From NCBI GenBank assembly GCA_000934665.2, contig KZ538100.1, positions 1-64,000 on the forward strand: a stretch of 64,000 bases of DNA. Direction: 5' to 3'. Made by a program: the position numbers and the translations under genes. Origin of the DNA: Catajapyx aquilonaris. Lineage: Eukaryota. The notes beneath the pieces are model-generated. The model saw only the letters and a program-made list of their open reading frames with translations. It was not told where the DNA came from and searched no databases. Each line of letters starts with the position of its first letter. The first letter of the stretch is position 1. Positions 1 to 15,400 of the stretch are shown one piece after another.

Positions 1-3000
1 CTATCCTTTACAATCCTCAAAATTGGAAAATGTGTCCGATTTGATAGCATTTTCATTTATGTCGTCCTAAACAGGGCTCCGCGCCCACTGTGCGTCGTAG
101 GGAATGTTGAGGCTGCATTTTGGGTGGCTGGTATAATTGGTGGGGGCCTAAAAGCGGTGTAGGGTGACTGAAAACAATGCGAAACAATCCGCGTGTGAAA
201 ATAATGGAAGCACATGCTCTAGAGTGGAATATAGCCCCCCGGAAGTGGATGACATCCGAAGGGATCGGGCCTTTGACAAGCAGGCGGCACCTGCACCTCA
301 TCAAGAATTAAGTGGCGACGGAGACTGAAAAAAAAGAAAGAAAATGAGGGGGATAGGGGGGGGGGGGGGGCAAAAAAAAAAAGGTCGACGGCTGACCCTG
401 AAATNGGGGCAAAATAAACAAGGCTGCGAGGCTGGGGTTGGGCGGAGAAAGGAACCACATTCCAGGTACGCAGGAGGGCTAGCCTTTAGAACTGGCTGGC
501 AAACATTTGGGGCACGCCGCCTTGGTTCCAGACCAGGAGGATTTCCGTTCCTCAAAACAACCAGACCCTTTTCTGCTTCAGATACTGTTTAGGTTGGCGA
601 CCCTGATTTCCTCTGACTTTGAGAGGCCAGAAACGACGACCCGAGAGATGAGACGAAAGCTTCTTTTTTTTTTCTTCTTCTTCTTCCACCCCCTCTCTCG
701 TCTCTTCCTTTTTGCAGCAGCCGTGATGGGAGGCTGTGGTTGAGGAAGAGGAATTATTGCCTTTCCTCAATCGGGATCAATAAAGAAGTGCCGCTGCCTG
801 CCTGGCCCCCTCCTCTGCAGCTGGAGTTGCTCAATTCTCTTGATTTTTGCCGTGACGTGATTTTCAGACCGCCAACTCTTCCAGTTTGGATTCCTTTTAT
901 AGTCTCACCCCCTCTGAGAGGCCTAATGGGTTCGGCAGTTGAGAGAGATCAAAGCAGACGATTGTTTTTTTGGAAACTGATGAGGTTTCACACTGACGTT
1001 GTTGTCGGTGGGTCGTTGCATAAATATCGTATCACGCTCTTGGACGAAAAGGGTTTGACCGTGATGTTTGTGTAACATTAGAGCGGGTCCGTAAGCAGGC
1101 AGTATTGACCAAGATTTGATCAGGTGTTTGAGGAATGTGATTCGAGGCGTGAATGAAAATGTGTAGAGCAAATAAAGGCAGCCAGCTACGGAATAGGGTC
1201 ACGGCTATCGTTACTAGGAAGCACAAGAGAGGCTGGGGGAACTAAATACAAGTACAGTATTTAAAAAAAGAGTCGGGGAAGGCCTACAGGCATGCATGCT
1301 ACATACTGTACTGTGTGCAACTTTTTAGAACGGACTGTGCAAGAATGCTTTTCCGGCCGTGAGTTAAAAGCGGACCTGCCTCCATTTCGCAGAAAAAGAA
1401 TTTCACTTTTTTTAGCGCATAATTTGATGTGGAAGCAGCAGGAAAGCGCACCAGTTGTAATACAAGTACTATAGAAAACACTCGCTTCGCTCACCGGGTG
1501 CTGGGGTGGGGAGAGAGCGAAGTAGACCCTCCGGCCCACAGCGAACGAATGGATGGTTCCTCCTCTCACCAACCAGAGGCGCTGCCTCCGCCCTCATTTC
1601 GCCTGCGCAGAACGGGGGCCAACCGGAAGCGTCGCGGTAACACTATGCGGAGGACCAATCAGAAGCCATAACCACACGACACGAATATGATTTTAATATT
1701 ATAGATATGCCGGGAATGGCGTTTAGAGCAGTTTATTTTAAATGCGATTATTTCGAGCGGCTGTCGTTCGTTCACTCCGTCACGATTTCCCTGTCAGGTG
1801 AAAAACAAACGTAATTAAGCAATACAAAACAATGTTGTTGATCTGTAAAAATTAGTCCGGAATTAATAGTCGCAGTCCATTTATTCCCCAGACTGAATGA
1901 AGCGCTCATGTCGGGTATGACCCAGAGTGCGCATGTTGATTGTGGGTGGGTGGGTGGGGTGTCCGGAGCACTTAAGCCCCGCAGCCTAATCATCGAGTAG
2001 GGTCACACCTCCTTTGGGGAAGCCGCATCCACAGTCTCACTCACTTGCCATCCAGGACGGCAAACCCTCATTACTCCCAAGTAATAGGCTTTGGGAGAGA
2101 GAGAGAGAGGGAGAGAGGGGGAGTAGTTTGGCACGGGGTTGAGAGTTTAACAAGCCGCTGGATAAAGCTGTGCCCAACGCAATTCACCCCCGGGGTCTTT
2201 GAACGCTGCCGGGGAGACTCGTGACGGGAATAACAATCGGAGAGACCAGCAGCAGCTACCACACACACACACACACACACAGAGGATATACATATAATAT
2301 TCGTATAGGGTACGTAGAGGGCGGTTGGTAGTTTGTTGTTGATGGCCCAGGTATTTATGCAGCGAGGCGACTTGGGAATCAACGGAAAAGAAACACACAG
2401 ACACACACAAAAAATAGAAGAGCGGAGGCCGGATTGCTGTGCAGCATCGAGCGGGACTCATCTGTCTTTTTGGTTCTGTCAAGGTTGGAAAACGGTTGTG
2501 GGCTGTGCGGCGAAGGGTCCTGGAATGCGCTCCTGGAAAATATGCTGCTGCTCCTACTCGCCTGTGGGAGAGAGGGAGAGAAATCCGGATTTTCCGGACC
2601 ACCATTTCTGCAGATTGTAGTAGGCTCAACGGGGAGAAGGAAGAAAAAAAAAAATGTATATATACGAAGGAGAAGGGGAAAAGGTTGGCTGGCTGCGTGG
2701 TATCACGATTCATATCCGGTGCCTCCAGGGATTACAAGTTGCAACCCGTTGTACCCTTATGCTTTTAAAAAAATAATTAAGGCTTTGTTACTGACTTGCC
2801 CGTTGATTTCGTCGCGAGGATGAAAGTGAAAGACGTGGATCACTCCAGCAATTAAACGTGGACAGAACATGTCCGTGGGCGGGTTAGTCGCAGGCTGGAA
2901 TAATAATGAATTGTCCCATTTGCTGTGTTTTTTTGTGTGTGTGTTTCTAGGGGGATATGGAGACAGACAGACAGCAAGAAGTGTTCTCCTTAAGTAATGT

Positions 3001-6000
3001 TTGACGCCTTTACGCTGGAGGCGGCCCGTCGGAGTAAAAAAAATAAAATAAAATAAAAAGGATGGAGGCTTTTGGCGCGTGGGAAGCTGCTCTCCGAAGT
3101 CGCGGCACATTTTTGTCTCCGTCTATAAAAGGCGGATATGAGATTATTACGAAGGCGACCCAGGCGCAAACGACTCGCCCAGGCTCCATTTCTTCTCGGA
3201 TTATAAAGTGACGCGACCCAGACTGCAGCCAATTTGTTATTTGCAGTGTTACCCCCATGATTCTTAGCAAACGTTTGTCCTGGCATAAATGTGCAGATGT
3301 GACGTCGCCCCGAATTCCTCTCTCCGTCATGCGGGCTAATCGAGCGGGGCAAACTTGGGTCTGGCTTTTCAGAGAGGCTGCTGGAATGAGACGAAAGGCA
3401 CGCCGACTGAGCTCTCTCTCTCTCTGAGTGTATATGTGTGTGTGTGTGTGTAGATCCGATTCCGGCCGGAATGAGATGTTACTAGTCCCATTGTGAAAGC
3501 GGCAGGCAACTTGGAAAAGGGGGTCTCTCACGCCGAGGTCGTAACCCCAGCTCAGCTCCAGCCACCGACCAGAATACTGGGAAAGACCAATTATGCCAAC
3601 TGGTTTCTCCGACTACTAACAGGCTGCTCGGGGGGGATTAGGTGTGGCCCAAAAACGACCACGGGGATTTCTGCCACCGCGCATTTTTTTGCATTCATAT
3701 CGCAGTCGAGTGCACCAAAGATTGCAGATCTTTTTGATTGTTGGTCCACGGCAGGATTTGGTGACAGGCCAGGCTGCTCCCCGTGAGCATCGGCGCACGT
3801 GATCTGACATCCGCATCGTGGGACCAAGTCGCAGCCTTTTCTTTGGAGCCAACGACACGAGCTGCTGCCAGAGCCAGACAGTGTATAAGTTGACAATGCC
3901 ATTCTTATTCCCCCCCTACCTCTTATTCCGGGAGGATGCTGCACCGCAGTGTCGAGTTTAGAGGGGGGTTTGGGTGGGTGGGGGCTAACTCCTTGGCTCG
4001 AGTTGACGTGGCTATCGATTGCGGTGCTCTTATTCGTGCTAACTTGGCGGAAGAGACTGCGGAGAGCTTAGCGGTCTCAGGGCCACAAGCTGCGAGCTTG
4101 GATGCCAGCAGGCAGGGCAAGAAGAAGAAGAAGAGAGAGACTCGGGAAAGAAGAAGAAGGGAAAAGGGCTGCCCCTCTCCATCCAAACTCCCCCGCAAGA
4201 GAGCAAAGCAGTCTGACTCTACTGCGAAGGCAATTAGGAGAGGCCCCAAGGAAAGGGCTCTCCATCCACTTTTCATTTCAAAAGGTCGTTGCTCGGTTGG
4301 ACTTCCTCCCCAACCACACGACGCCTTTTTCCATCATCATCATCATCATTGTGCCAACCCCTCCACTTGGGGAATCATCCGCTTGTTGCTATATAGCCAA
4401 GCACATGTTGTCCGATTCGGCAATGTGTTGGCCTGAGAGGAACCCATTTTGGTGGGAATGTTCCAAGGGGCATTTTAGTCGATGATGTGTGCACCGGTAG
4501 CGGGGGTGTGACGCCTACAAGGTTTTGGAGCTTTGTCCCCGGAGCATGATGGTGGTATCGGATGGAGAGACTTGACAGCCGCGGCATGGATGCCACGCCG
4601 GGACAGCAAGAAGGAGACTGATTGCGGCTCCAGCAGTACGGCTCAAGGACTGCGCACCCCAAAAATAAAACAGCAGCAGCAGCACCGGAACTGGAGGGAA
4701 AAAAGGCACGGCCAGTCGAAATTAATGAGACACGATGTGGCCGCAACAATAGAGCCCAGCCCATATATGTAGACGCAGAAGGGAGGGAAATAAAAAAAAT
4801 TGATCCGGACGATGATGGAATTTGGAGCACACAGCACATGCGGCGGGGGCAAAATGAGCCAATGGGGTCTATTATAATGAGCCGAAAGGAATGCGATGCT
4901 CATCACCATCATCATCGTGTGTGTGCGCGGGGGTTTTTCCTCTCTATTTCATTCGGGCGGTCAGAAGGCTTTTCAAACTGGCGGGCGTTGCAATCGCCAC
5001 CTGAACACGAGCCCTCCTGCGTTCCAATTAGCATCAGCTGTCAACCACAATAATAATGTATGTACACAGGTTGCAGCCTGCAGGGTCTCGGACGAATAGT
5101 GGTACTGAATTTGTACAGGAAGTATTAAGTGAGTGTGCGGGGCACCCCTTAATTGACGCTTTGCATGTCGGAGTTTCGGTATCGTTTATGGGAGGTTGCG
5201 GCCGCAGCTGATAAGGGATTGCGGTTGTTCCATGCATGTGCGCTGCAGTTATTAATACTCAGGCCCCAGGAACACTTAAGCCGGCCTGCTGGTTTAAGAG
5301 CAACACTATGCTGTCCCACAACACACAGTCTGGTCCGGTTTCTGCGTGGATTGACTCGCGATGACCTAAAATATTCCGCTTTTTGCGCACGAAGAGGGTA
5401 GGTGAATCCTCCAGTGCAGATTTTCCCACGAGGCTGCATCATGACCTGCTCCAAGGAAGAGACACGTTTGTTCCCCCTTCTGCACGTCTTTCCCTTGCTG
5501 TACATGGTCCTGTTTCCATTTCCCATCCGAGCCATTTTGAGGAGCCCCAAGTATCTATATACAAGCAAGCGGCATGAGCGTGCTTCCAATATCGGCTAAT
5601 TGATCACAGCAAGGCTCCGACCCTGACGGACTATATAGAAGAAGGAAAAAAGAGCCCCGCTGCTGCTCCTAGAGAGAGAGAGTTGGCGTGTTCCTTGCTT
5701 GCTACACACAGGCATCATTAAAAGAAAAACTAAAAGGGGTGTACTTGGCTGGTATCTGCGCTAACGCTCACTTAGCATGCGATACTTGCTACGTGCGGTG
5801 TATAGAGCCTCTTGGCCAACTAATGTGCGGTGCACAACATTAATGAGAGACAGTAAAAGTCGTGTCTGATTTATAATTGAGTGCGCTGCCGTCAGATTGA
5901 TTCGGCCGACACGCACGAAAGGACGAGAGGGTGCGCAAAAAGGAAGAAGAAAAAAAAATTACATATATCCGTCCAAGTACGGCTGAATTTTTGTACATTC

Positions 6001-9000
6001 CTGCTGGCATACACACACACACAGGATGCAATTAAGGCAGCGTGGCCACTCTCGTCCTTAGCGCCAGTTCCATATCAGACATTCCTGTTCGACTGCCGTG
6101 TAATGAGAAGCAGCAAACAGTGAAGGTTGTACCATTTGCAACCGCCAGGAATGTTATTGCACTTAGCCCACTTGGCCCTTTTTTTACTATTTTCTACTTG
6201 TTTGCAGGTGGACACGTCACGTGCGCAACTTTTGCACGGATTTTTCTATATACCTGATGCTTCGAGCGACAATATTTTTTTTCCTTCTTCTTCTCCCGCG
6301 ATACTTGCATGGCTTGGGAGGGTCCGAAAACCTGAAAATCCGGAAGGGCTGATGCCCCATTGTATTGTATAAATCGAGACATTTATTGGCAAGTTTTTGT
6401 CGTTTAATTGGAGGGAACACGGCGAGAAATAGGTTTCGTGACGCCAACTCACGCTCCGTTGGCCCCGGCATGTATAAAGAGAGGGGGTAGGGTGAGGTGG
6501 GGAGGGGGGTCTCTTTCCCCTTGTCTGTATACACGCAAATCACCATCGACAACCATTAAGGCACTCTTTCCAAAAGGATGAGGTCACGTAATGTAGGCTA
6601 ATGTTTTCCAAGCCAACGAGTCCATTTACGCCGAGAAAACGGCCGGACTCCGAGTCGTTAAAAGGCGCATCAAAAACACGCTAATTATCTTGCAACGTTT
6701 TAGACTCAAACCCTATGGTTCTTTCATTGCGCGGATTTCTCATCGACATATTTTTGTAGATATGTCAAACTTGTGATTGGACCGGAAGAATCGGCGCACG
6801 GTAACTAACGATATCCCTTGTGAATTTCACGTTGCATAGCACAGACGTGATGGAATGAATGGGGGGGGCCTCTTTTGCAAGTAGAGGAAGCTAACTGGTT
6901 GTGGTCGGTGCGTGCTTCTGGACTAAAGTCTCTCTTCATATCCTTCCTGATATTTTTTTTACGCCCCTCCACTTGGGCATGGCCAATTCGCAGAAGCGGA
7001 CGGAGGTCCTTTTTCCGCGCCAATTTGCCATCGGAGCATGCTCTCCTTATTTCGAACTTTCTCATCCTCTTTTACACTCGGATGCCACGGCCCGATCGGT
7101 AATTGATCCCGTTAAGAGCGGTAACTTCACATAATGCCTTCCCATCCTTCCGCTTTTTTTTCTTCTTCCCGCTTTATTAATTCGCCGAAACAATGTACTT
7201 TATCGTGCTGGTATCAAAGCCTTCGCAGTGCTGGGCATGATGATGATAATTAATATTCAGGTAGTGAGCTTGGTCCCATTTACATTGGCCGGCTGAACGC
7301 GCGTCTATATTTAAAAGGAGGGGTTGCAGTAATTATTGTCAGTCACGTAGAGATGATGATGATGATGATGATGGCAGCGCAGTTGGAACAGTCCAAAATG
7401 GGAGCATCACGTGCTGGCTGCTGCCAAGAGCAATAAGGCTCGTGCTGGATATTTGAAAACAAACAGTTTTAATCGGGATGTGATTTCAGTTGCTTTTGCC
7501 TTGTAACTGGCCAAATGGGCCGAGGGGGGGAAATGGGAGATTGTACTGTTACATTCCAGTACACAGCTGGGTTCTGTCAAATCGATGGAGACATTACTGC
7601 TGAATGCGTTGTCAATCGATATAGGTGTTGCTTGAAATGCATCAAATCGCTCAAATTGGAGCATCCAACCGCTTTTTTAAACTAGATAATTTGCGAAATC
7701 TGTAACTTCCGCGGCGAAAATTGAGCCGGCCGTGTGTGTGTGTGTGCGTCTCATTATGAAGTTGGGTTCATCCTGTCGACGAGTACTTATACTGCCGGGT
7801 GCCGCTTCTCGTAAACAGTGCAATGTACAAATCAGCGGCGCAAATGGCGCCATAACTTGCGGAATGTGAAACTGCCATTGCGCTGAATATTACGAACGCG
7901 GACTTTGCAAGAAAATGACTTATTCTGCGAGGTTCTCTTATCTTATTTATACTCGCTGTTTACTTGAATAGTTGCATGCACCTGAAGTGTTGTAATCTTA
8001 TTAGATGGCGATCCTTTCCGGACCTGTCCCAAAAATTGGCAGTTTTGAATCCGACATATGCTGGCAGAGCGATGATGTAAGTTCCATTGGTGGGAATGTT
8101 CGATTTTGATTGGCCCGTCGGAGCGAATCTGTGTGCAGAGTGAATGAGAGTCGGAGTGTTTACCGGGCAGATCACAATTTGAAAAGCGAGAGCAATAACC
8201 GAGGGGGTACTTTCGGCAGCAAATGCGTGCGGGAAACACCCCATCAGGGCCCGACTGTAAATTCCGTACCCGGACCGGATGAAAGAAAACAACAACAACA
8301 ACAAGCGATGATTAAAACGCTATGCTGCTGCCTCATCCCCCCCCCCCCCTCAAAAAAAAACCCGAGGAGAAAGGAAACCCGCGGGGCCATGATTTTGGCT
8401 GGCAAGGCAAGAGAGAGAGACTCTGTAATAGTTTGATGGAGTGACGTTGGCATCTGGGCAAGATGAAGATACGTGTACTTTTGGGCCAAGTGCTTGAGAC
8501 TTGCTTGCTGGCTGGCCAACCGTTCAGCAATGCGTGCTGCTGCCTGCGTGTTGTGTGCCAACTGGCACTGCCCTCAGCATCTGCTTGGGCTCGTGAAGAA
8601 TGTTCTCTCTTCAGGCTTGGAGGAGGAGGAGGAGGAGGGGAGTGCAGCTTATGGGTCTGGAAAAACAGAACCAATCTTGGCCCACCCCCAGCAACCAAGG
8701 GATGCTTGCATCTCTAGCATGCTGCTGGGGATGGATCGGGGTCTCGTTGACCTCTGCTATTACGGAGCCAGTGACGCCATTTGTTCCGACTATACTAATC
8801 AACCTCTTTTCTCGGAGCAGCAGCAAACAACAGGGCATGTCTAATCTGAATTATAAGGCAGCATTTATGGAAAGGAATGGCTCGAATCAAATCAAGACCT
8901 GATGATAATGGAATGGAATCTGATTTGCCTCCAAGATAGTACGGCGTTATCCGTGATCTCCGGTGTAACAACATCAGACCGAGTTTTTACTCCAGTAAGT

Positions 9001-12000
9001 GATAAGTTCATGGAAGACGGATCCGGGTGTTTTGGATGAGCAATAATTAAAAAGTGGGTGCTAATCCATAAAGCCCGTCATGCTCGTGCAACTTTGATTA
9101 TTTTTTTCGGGAGGAAAACACGGATGATTTCTACCGGATGGAAAAAGAGAAAAAAGTACGCTAGTGATTGTCGCACACTTTACTGTACTGTTCATGAAGT
9201 GGCGAGTTTACCAGAATTATTTCAAACTGTACACACTGTACTCGGTACACATGCATACAACATGTACATTTAAACATTTTTTCCACCCTCATTTATTAAA
9301 ATGATGATTTATTAATGCGGCCATCAGAGCACGCATTTACCGCGGCAATTTAATAGCGCTCAGTCCCGCAATACAGATGGCTGTTATGACACGAGCATTA
9401 CCCATAATATAAATTATAAACTGTTATTGTAAGCAACGAGCATTAATCTGACTGAAAATATATTCGCGCGTCGAACGGACCCCGGCAATTAATCGGTCAT
9501 TCGAGAGTCGAATCCAGTTGACCTCCGCCTGGCTGGAGGGGGCTATCTGACCAGCTCACGATAAAATAACGCAATATATTACATGCACTTTCAACTTAGA
9601 GGTCGCCCGTGACGCACGTCACACCCACTTTAGACTTTAAAAAAAAAAATGCGCCCCCATCGAATTCGCCCCCATGTCACGCCGTCACGCAAGGCCAGAC
9701 ACCCCCACCCCCAATTTACGATGATCAAGAGCTAAGGGGGACAGATTATGGATTGTTCAGCCCAGCAACCGCCGTTGATTTTCTTACCTTTTTTTTTACA
9801 ACCTTATAACAGGCCGTTAAAAGGTAAAAACGGTGGTTTTAAGTGTGGTGTTTTTTATTCTCCAAATAATTCCCGATTGGTCCCAGCAGGGAGAGCAGAC
9901 TTGGGAGTTAAATGCCACCTACTTCTCTCTCGTGTCGCCTGGAAGTGAAATCGTGTGGCCCATTAGAAATATATATGGCTCTTGCTGATACCGTGCAATT
10001 AGGAGTAGGGGTAATGAGGCCCCGTGCACTTTGCTCGCTCCAACCTGTAATTCAAATGGTGCTGCACAGGGAATGTAAGAACAACCCGCTGCTGAAATGC
10101 AGGGTGTGTCGTAACACTAATTCGGTTTCTTGCTGGTTTTAATGCCGGAGGTGTGCCCGTTTTTTGTTTGTGTTTGTGAGACACCTTGTGCTGGAGAAGA
10201 GGTGTGTCGTGTAGCCAAAGGGTGAGTTGAAAATAATCGTAGGGCGCTGACGTGAAGCAATTTGGAGCTGATTGGTCCGCAGGGGGATGATAAGGATTGA
10301 GGGAGTAATTAACGGCAGGTAGAGAGAGACTCGCTTGACAAAATATGAAGCCATGGCTGTGGGTTGCTGATGAACTATAGTGCCGATCAGGTCCCTACTT
10401 GATCTACGAGCTTGCTCAACTTTGTGCCTTGTGGGTTGGTATCTCTGGGCCCAATCATGGCCTGCGCAATTATGATGGTGTTATTGCTCGGTTGCTGGGA
10501 AGTGGATGAGGCCAAGGGCCCTGAGAGCTGATGATAACCCAGCTCAAAGAGACGGAGACAACAACATTACACAGATGTCCAGATGCAGCACACTTCCTAC
10601 TTCCTTTTGTATTTTCTTCCAATCGCGCGTCACCATTGACGTCAACGTCGATTTGCAGTAATTACCGGGTGAAAAGTGGAAGTTTGATAATTATACCGTT
10701 TGTATATATACACCAAAAAAAGTGTGTGTGTGTGTGTGGCTGCTGTTGAGAGAGTTGGGCACATTGCACGTGATCTGGGTCGTGGAAAATCGTGATAACC
10801 GTACTGGGGTTGTTAGCACATGCCCATATCCGCGGTAATTGGGCACGTAGAGGAGGGGGGGGGGGAGAACCGGGTGCTAATTAAAAGTCTTGCTGTGCAA
10901 TTGGTGGCACTTGGTGGCAACCCCGCCTGCCAGCCAGCACTTTGCTCGGTACAGCAGGTCTCATTACATCAGCCGTTTAAATTGTTGGCTTGCAAGGATT
11001 GCGTGGAAACCTCCGCAATGTCGCACGATGCCAAGATTATTTTATAAAGTGTACACTCGTGTAATGTAACAGTGCAGACTTATGAATATAGTATAGTCGA
11101 ACATGGCTAATTTGTGCATGGAAATTTCCAATCCCGCCCGTGTGATCAGCCATAGCTGATCACCGGCCGTAATATTAATTGCAATCGATTGATTTACGTG
11201 AGCCGGAATGCAAATAGAGCAAGTGCTTCTCTAATGCGACGTATGTATATAGTTGTGAGTAGTTGTAGTACCGCAGTGCACCTGAGCATGTCCCAGTATA
11301 ACTCTGGTCCGACACGTTCCCTCCATTCCGCAATCATGACATGTAAGCTTTGTTAATGGATGTACTAGCGTTAGGCTTAGTCGCTCCATTAACCCTCCTG
11401 CGCATCTATATTTGAGCGCCGCCCGCAAAATACTTTGACACGCTATCGACTTTACCCCCTCTGAAATAATTGGTATAGAAGGGGACCTGGGTGGGTGGAG
11501 GGGGGTGTTCAAACTCTGTCATAATTATTTATTAGGGGGGGCGGCCTTATCCGTGGGCATAAACGGGCCGTTAAACGTGAAGCAACGGGTATAAGATATA
11601 GTACAGAGCTCTCCCCTTTTACGGTCTATGCACCGTGTGTATAGTATCACAGGTACTATAGCAAGCTGAGGCAGGCAGCTAGGGGAAAAGCCTATTGCTA
11701 ATCACATTGTGATAGTTAATGGTGCTCCAGTACATTTCACAGTCCATTTTAAAGTGATGGCGGCGGCTCGTTAATGCGCCTGCTGACCGAGGTATTAATT
11801 ATCCTTAAACGATGTCCGATTAATCAGGCGGGGGGAGGGGGGGGGGAGGCATGGCATGCGGTGGTGGTGGTGGGTGGGGGAGGGGAAAAGGAGGAATGGT
11901 TTCTGCCTGGTCGTGCGTCGAATGGGGCAAAGAGCCGTGAACTTTTCCAACCTGGAATTTACCGGCCACTGCTCCTAATCATCCTGCCCCCCCTCCACCA

Positions 12001-12327
12001 TGTCTTTCCGACCGTCAACAATGCAGCACCACCACCATCTGCTACTTGCCCACTCCACCACAACAATTCACCCGCGCAACAATAAGTGCTATGTAACTAT
12101 ACAATAACACGCCATGTGTTCTGTGCACAAGCTGCATCGGACTCAACTCCGACGAATAGTAATGTCTATGCACCATGTCCACAAATTTGTCCGGTCATAA
12201 ACAAGTTGACTCAGCCTATAGGTATAGTAGTTACCATAGTTTTACCATAGACATATAGCGGTCAGAGAGGGTGGGACCCACCTCATTGGAGGCGAGACAC
12301 GTGCTGGGTTATAGCGCCCTGGTGGGC

Positions 12328-12420
12328 TTTGTCCGCGCTGTAACTTATCACCAACGTGCATGTAGTACTACTTTCCCCCTGAGAGTGGCAGGAGTGGGCG
12401 GAGGGAGAGCGTATGCGCCA
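12328..12420 (+). repeat. Degenerate partial copy D of the ~140-bp repeat family
   Basis: tttgtccg...tagtact...gagtggcaggagtgggcggagggagagcgtatgcgcca matches the family core, in the same order. Confidence 0.45.
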
Positions 12421-15400
12421 ACTTGTAGTGGCCTGTCGTACTACTTCCAAATTGAGGGGTGGGCCAAGCAGTGTTGCCAAAATTCGGCTACTAGTATGTA
12501 CATTTAAATGAGACATGCATGTCGGATAGATAAAGCAACAGGCGTAAGTTTGATTACTTTCGACATAATCATGAGGATCACCTTGATAAAAGTGTTTGAA
12601 CATGAACGGGAGGGAGTTACTTGGAAATCAATTGTTGGGCTGCAAATTAACCCGGCGGACTTTTATTTAGAGGGCCAGCAGGCAGAGGTGCATATATAGG
12701 TATAATAGAGGTGGTTTGATGGGTGGGAGGAATTGAGGGGATCAGGGTGGGGGCGCGCATACACACACACACATTGTGGAGTGTAATGTGTCTGCGGGCA
12801 AGTTTGATGGCAGCACTCACTTCACTTGATATGCAGTAACGACTCCATTCAGATCGGGACCGGCCATTTTTAATTGGGGTTCGAATGACTGCATTGTGAT
12901 GGATGCAAAGTGCATAAAATTTACCCATCCCCCTCTGTAGTGCTGCTGTGGTGGTATTAGAGCGGAGACATTGAAACAACAATCGCTTAGTTAGAATGGC
13001 AGTGACATTATCTTCGTTTATCCACAGCTATTGTATGCCGCTGGTGGGTTATTTACACATCACGGGTGGGAGGGAGGGAGGGATGGGTGGGCGGGAGAGT
13101 GGTCCGATCGGGTTGCCTGTGCACTGCATTTTGGGGGGGTCTGGATGATGGCCCACCCACAGGCAGCGATTGCAGTCGGCAGGCAGGTTGATGGAAATGT
13201 TGGGTCATCACTTGCCAACCACTCGTCTCTCTTTTATACAGTGCACCAAACACACATATCGGGTAGCCATATCGTGCAATGTGTGAAAAAGGAGTGGTTT
13301 TTGCTCCGGGTTGTGCGCAGGTCGCCTGGGCCGTGTCCATTGGAGAGGACCCATCATATATGTCGACGTGAGTTATTCGTAGCTTGTGGGGAAAAAAAAA
13401 GTCCAATTGGGATTCACAGAACTGGTTAAGTTGACCCGGACCCTGTGACGTGAAATTCGTGCGTGATGGGCATGTGTTGGACGAGCACCTTTGATATCTC
13501 CGTGCGTGCAGTATGAAGAGAGCCGTGTGCATATTATATAGTCCCCCGACTTGGCTGATTCATGTATCTATTAATGGGAACGATTGAACGGGAAGCTCCC
13601 TTCGCGTGTCTCTCTCTAATGGGCCCCCCTCTCTCTCTCCCTCTTTGCCTTGTTCCGCAATCGAGGCATGCTCAGATTGTCCGATTTGGCAACGCCGCAT
13701 TAGTCAGTTGGCCCATTCGTCATCCCCCAATAGAAAAGGAGGGGTGGAGGAGGGAGGAGGGGGGCAGAGAACCACGCGATTGTTTAGTGCTCAAACAGCT
13801 CGCCGGAGAGGAATTCTCCGGCTCGATTGTTACCTATACATTATACCCAGGCTGTGGAGAGAAATGCTTGTTAAAAGGGGGGACGTGACAGGCGGTAGTG
13901 TTACATCCTGTACTTGATTGTTATCGTTGGGGGGGATGATTTCATACGGATTTAGAATGGAAGGGAGTCTCATTTTGATCTTGGTCGATTTGCACCAATT
14001 GAAGAGACATGTTTTGTAAGAGATAGTGTGTGTATAGGTCCATCATCCAGCATCCACGAGAGAGAGGGGGTTTTGTGGGGGGAGGCAATTTTCCGGCATG
14101 CTGGTGTGTCCGTCCGTACGTGAACCGAGCCGAGCCAGGCAGGCAGCCTATGGTTTGACGCTGCTATCGAGCGCATTGTGCTGCCATTAGCACTCAGTAA
14201 AGCATGAGTCCATTAATTATGCAAACAGGTACAAGGAGATTATTTCAAACGCACGTTCCATGTTGTCAATAATTATGCCTGTAAACATGGTCTTGGGGCG
14301 TGGGGGGAAATATCCATCCGACCAATCCAATGGAGAGAGAGAGAGAGAGAGAGGCTGTGCTTTTGCCTCCTGGCTGATGCTGCAGCCCTGCATCACACGG
14401 TTCATCTCTAATGGCACGGAGATGTATTCTGCACATGCTTAATTTCCCGTTTAATGTAAAGATGGGTTAGGCGTGAATATATACAAGCCATGTAAAGTTC
14501 CCCCCTTTTTCCATCCGTGGGAGCGTCGTCATTCCTGATGGCAAACCTGGTAGACCGCATTATTGAGCTGGTGGTAGGCCTGCTGCCAGACCGGAGAGCG
14601 TACACTTTGTGTCCCAATTATTAATAGTTGAACGGGGACCAGCCCCATCCTGCGAGGCCTTTTTATTTGCCTGAAAATCGTGCATTAAAAAGCCGCTTAT
14701 CGCGCTTAAAATTGGCCGTAAAAAAACCCCTTCGATCTGGACCAAATTCGAGCGTAAAAGTCGCGGACGCAATAAGGACAATCGCTGCGTGACGACTTTG
14801 TCAGAGTCCACATCGATGATGGCCCTAATTGGATTGCAGCCAATTGGCGCATTCGCACAGTCGCTTCTATAGTGCTCGAGAAACTTTGCATGTTTATTTC
14901 CACCTTGGTTGTGTGTGCTTCGTAGGCCATTAGCTGCCTCCAGGGTGTGTGCACGTGGTCCTTGTCCAGCATGCATGTTTGATGCATCCTCCAAGTGTTT
15001 GTCGCCTGGCGCAACGCGATTTCAGGGGGGGTTTTCCGGAATAATTTCTCCTTCCAACGTCCTAGGTTTGGTGTCAAGCTCTTTGCCTCTTCCCCAGGTG
15101 CTTTCTCCTCTGCCCCTGGGCCGACCCCTCCTTCTGCCGAGTCTCTTTGCTTATTTATTCAGAGGCGGCTGGAGTCTCCATAATTAAGTGGTGGAGCCAG
15201 GCTCAATCGCAACCGCACTCGAGAGAACATCCTCGGGCCTTTAAATCCCCCCTCTCCGCCGTGCACCGTGTCTTCCTAGCTCTGGTGGTGGTCACCCATC
15301 TGGCTTATTCATGCTGCCGACATGTCCCCCACCCACCATCCTTATATTCCTTCCGATTGCACGTCTGGAGCGCACTTCATCAAACATTACTGTACTCCTT

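Noticed and set aside
3733..3744. ttttgattgttg resembling the 5' part of miR-315
   Set aside because: The match ends after 12 nt and there is no precursor hairpin.
3936..4436. Basic K/R-rich ORF resembling a nuclear protein
   Set aside because: The basic stretch derives from an AAG/GA purine microsatellite.
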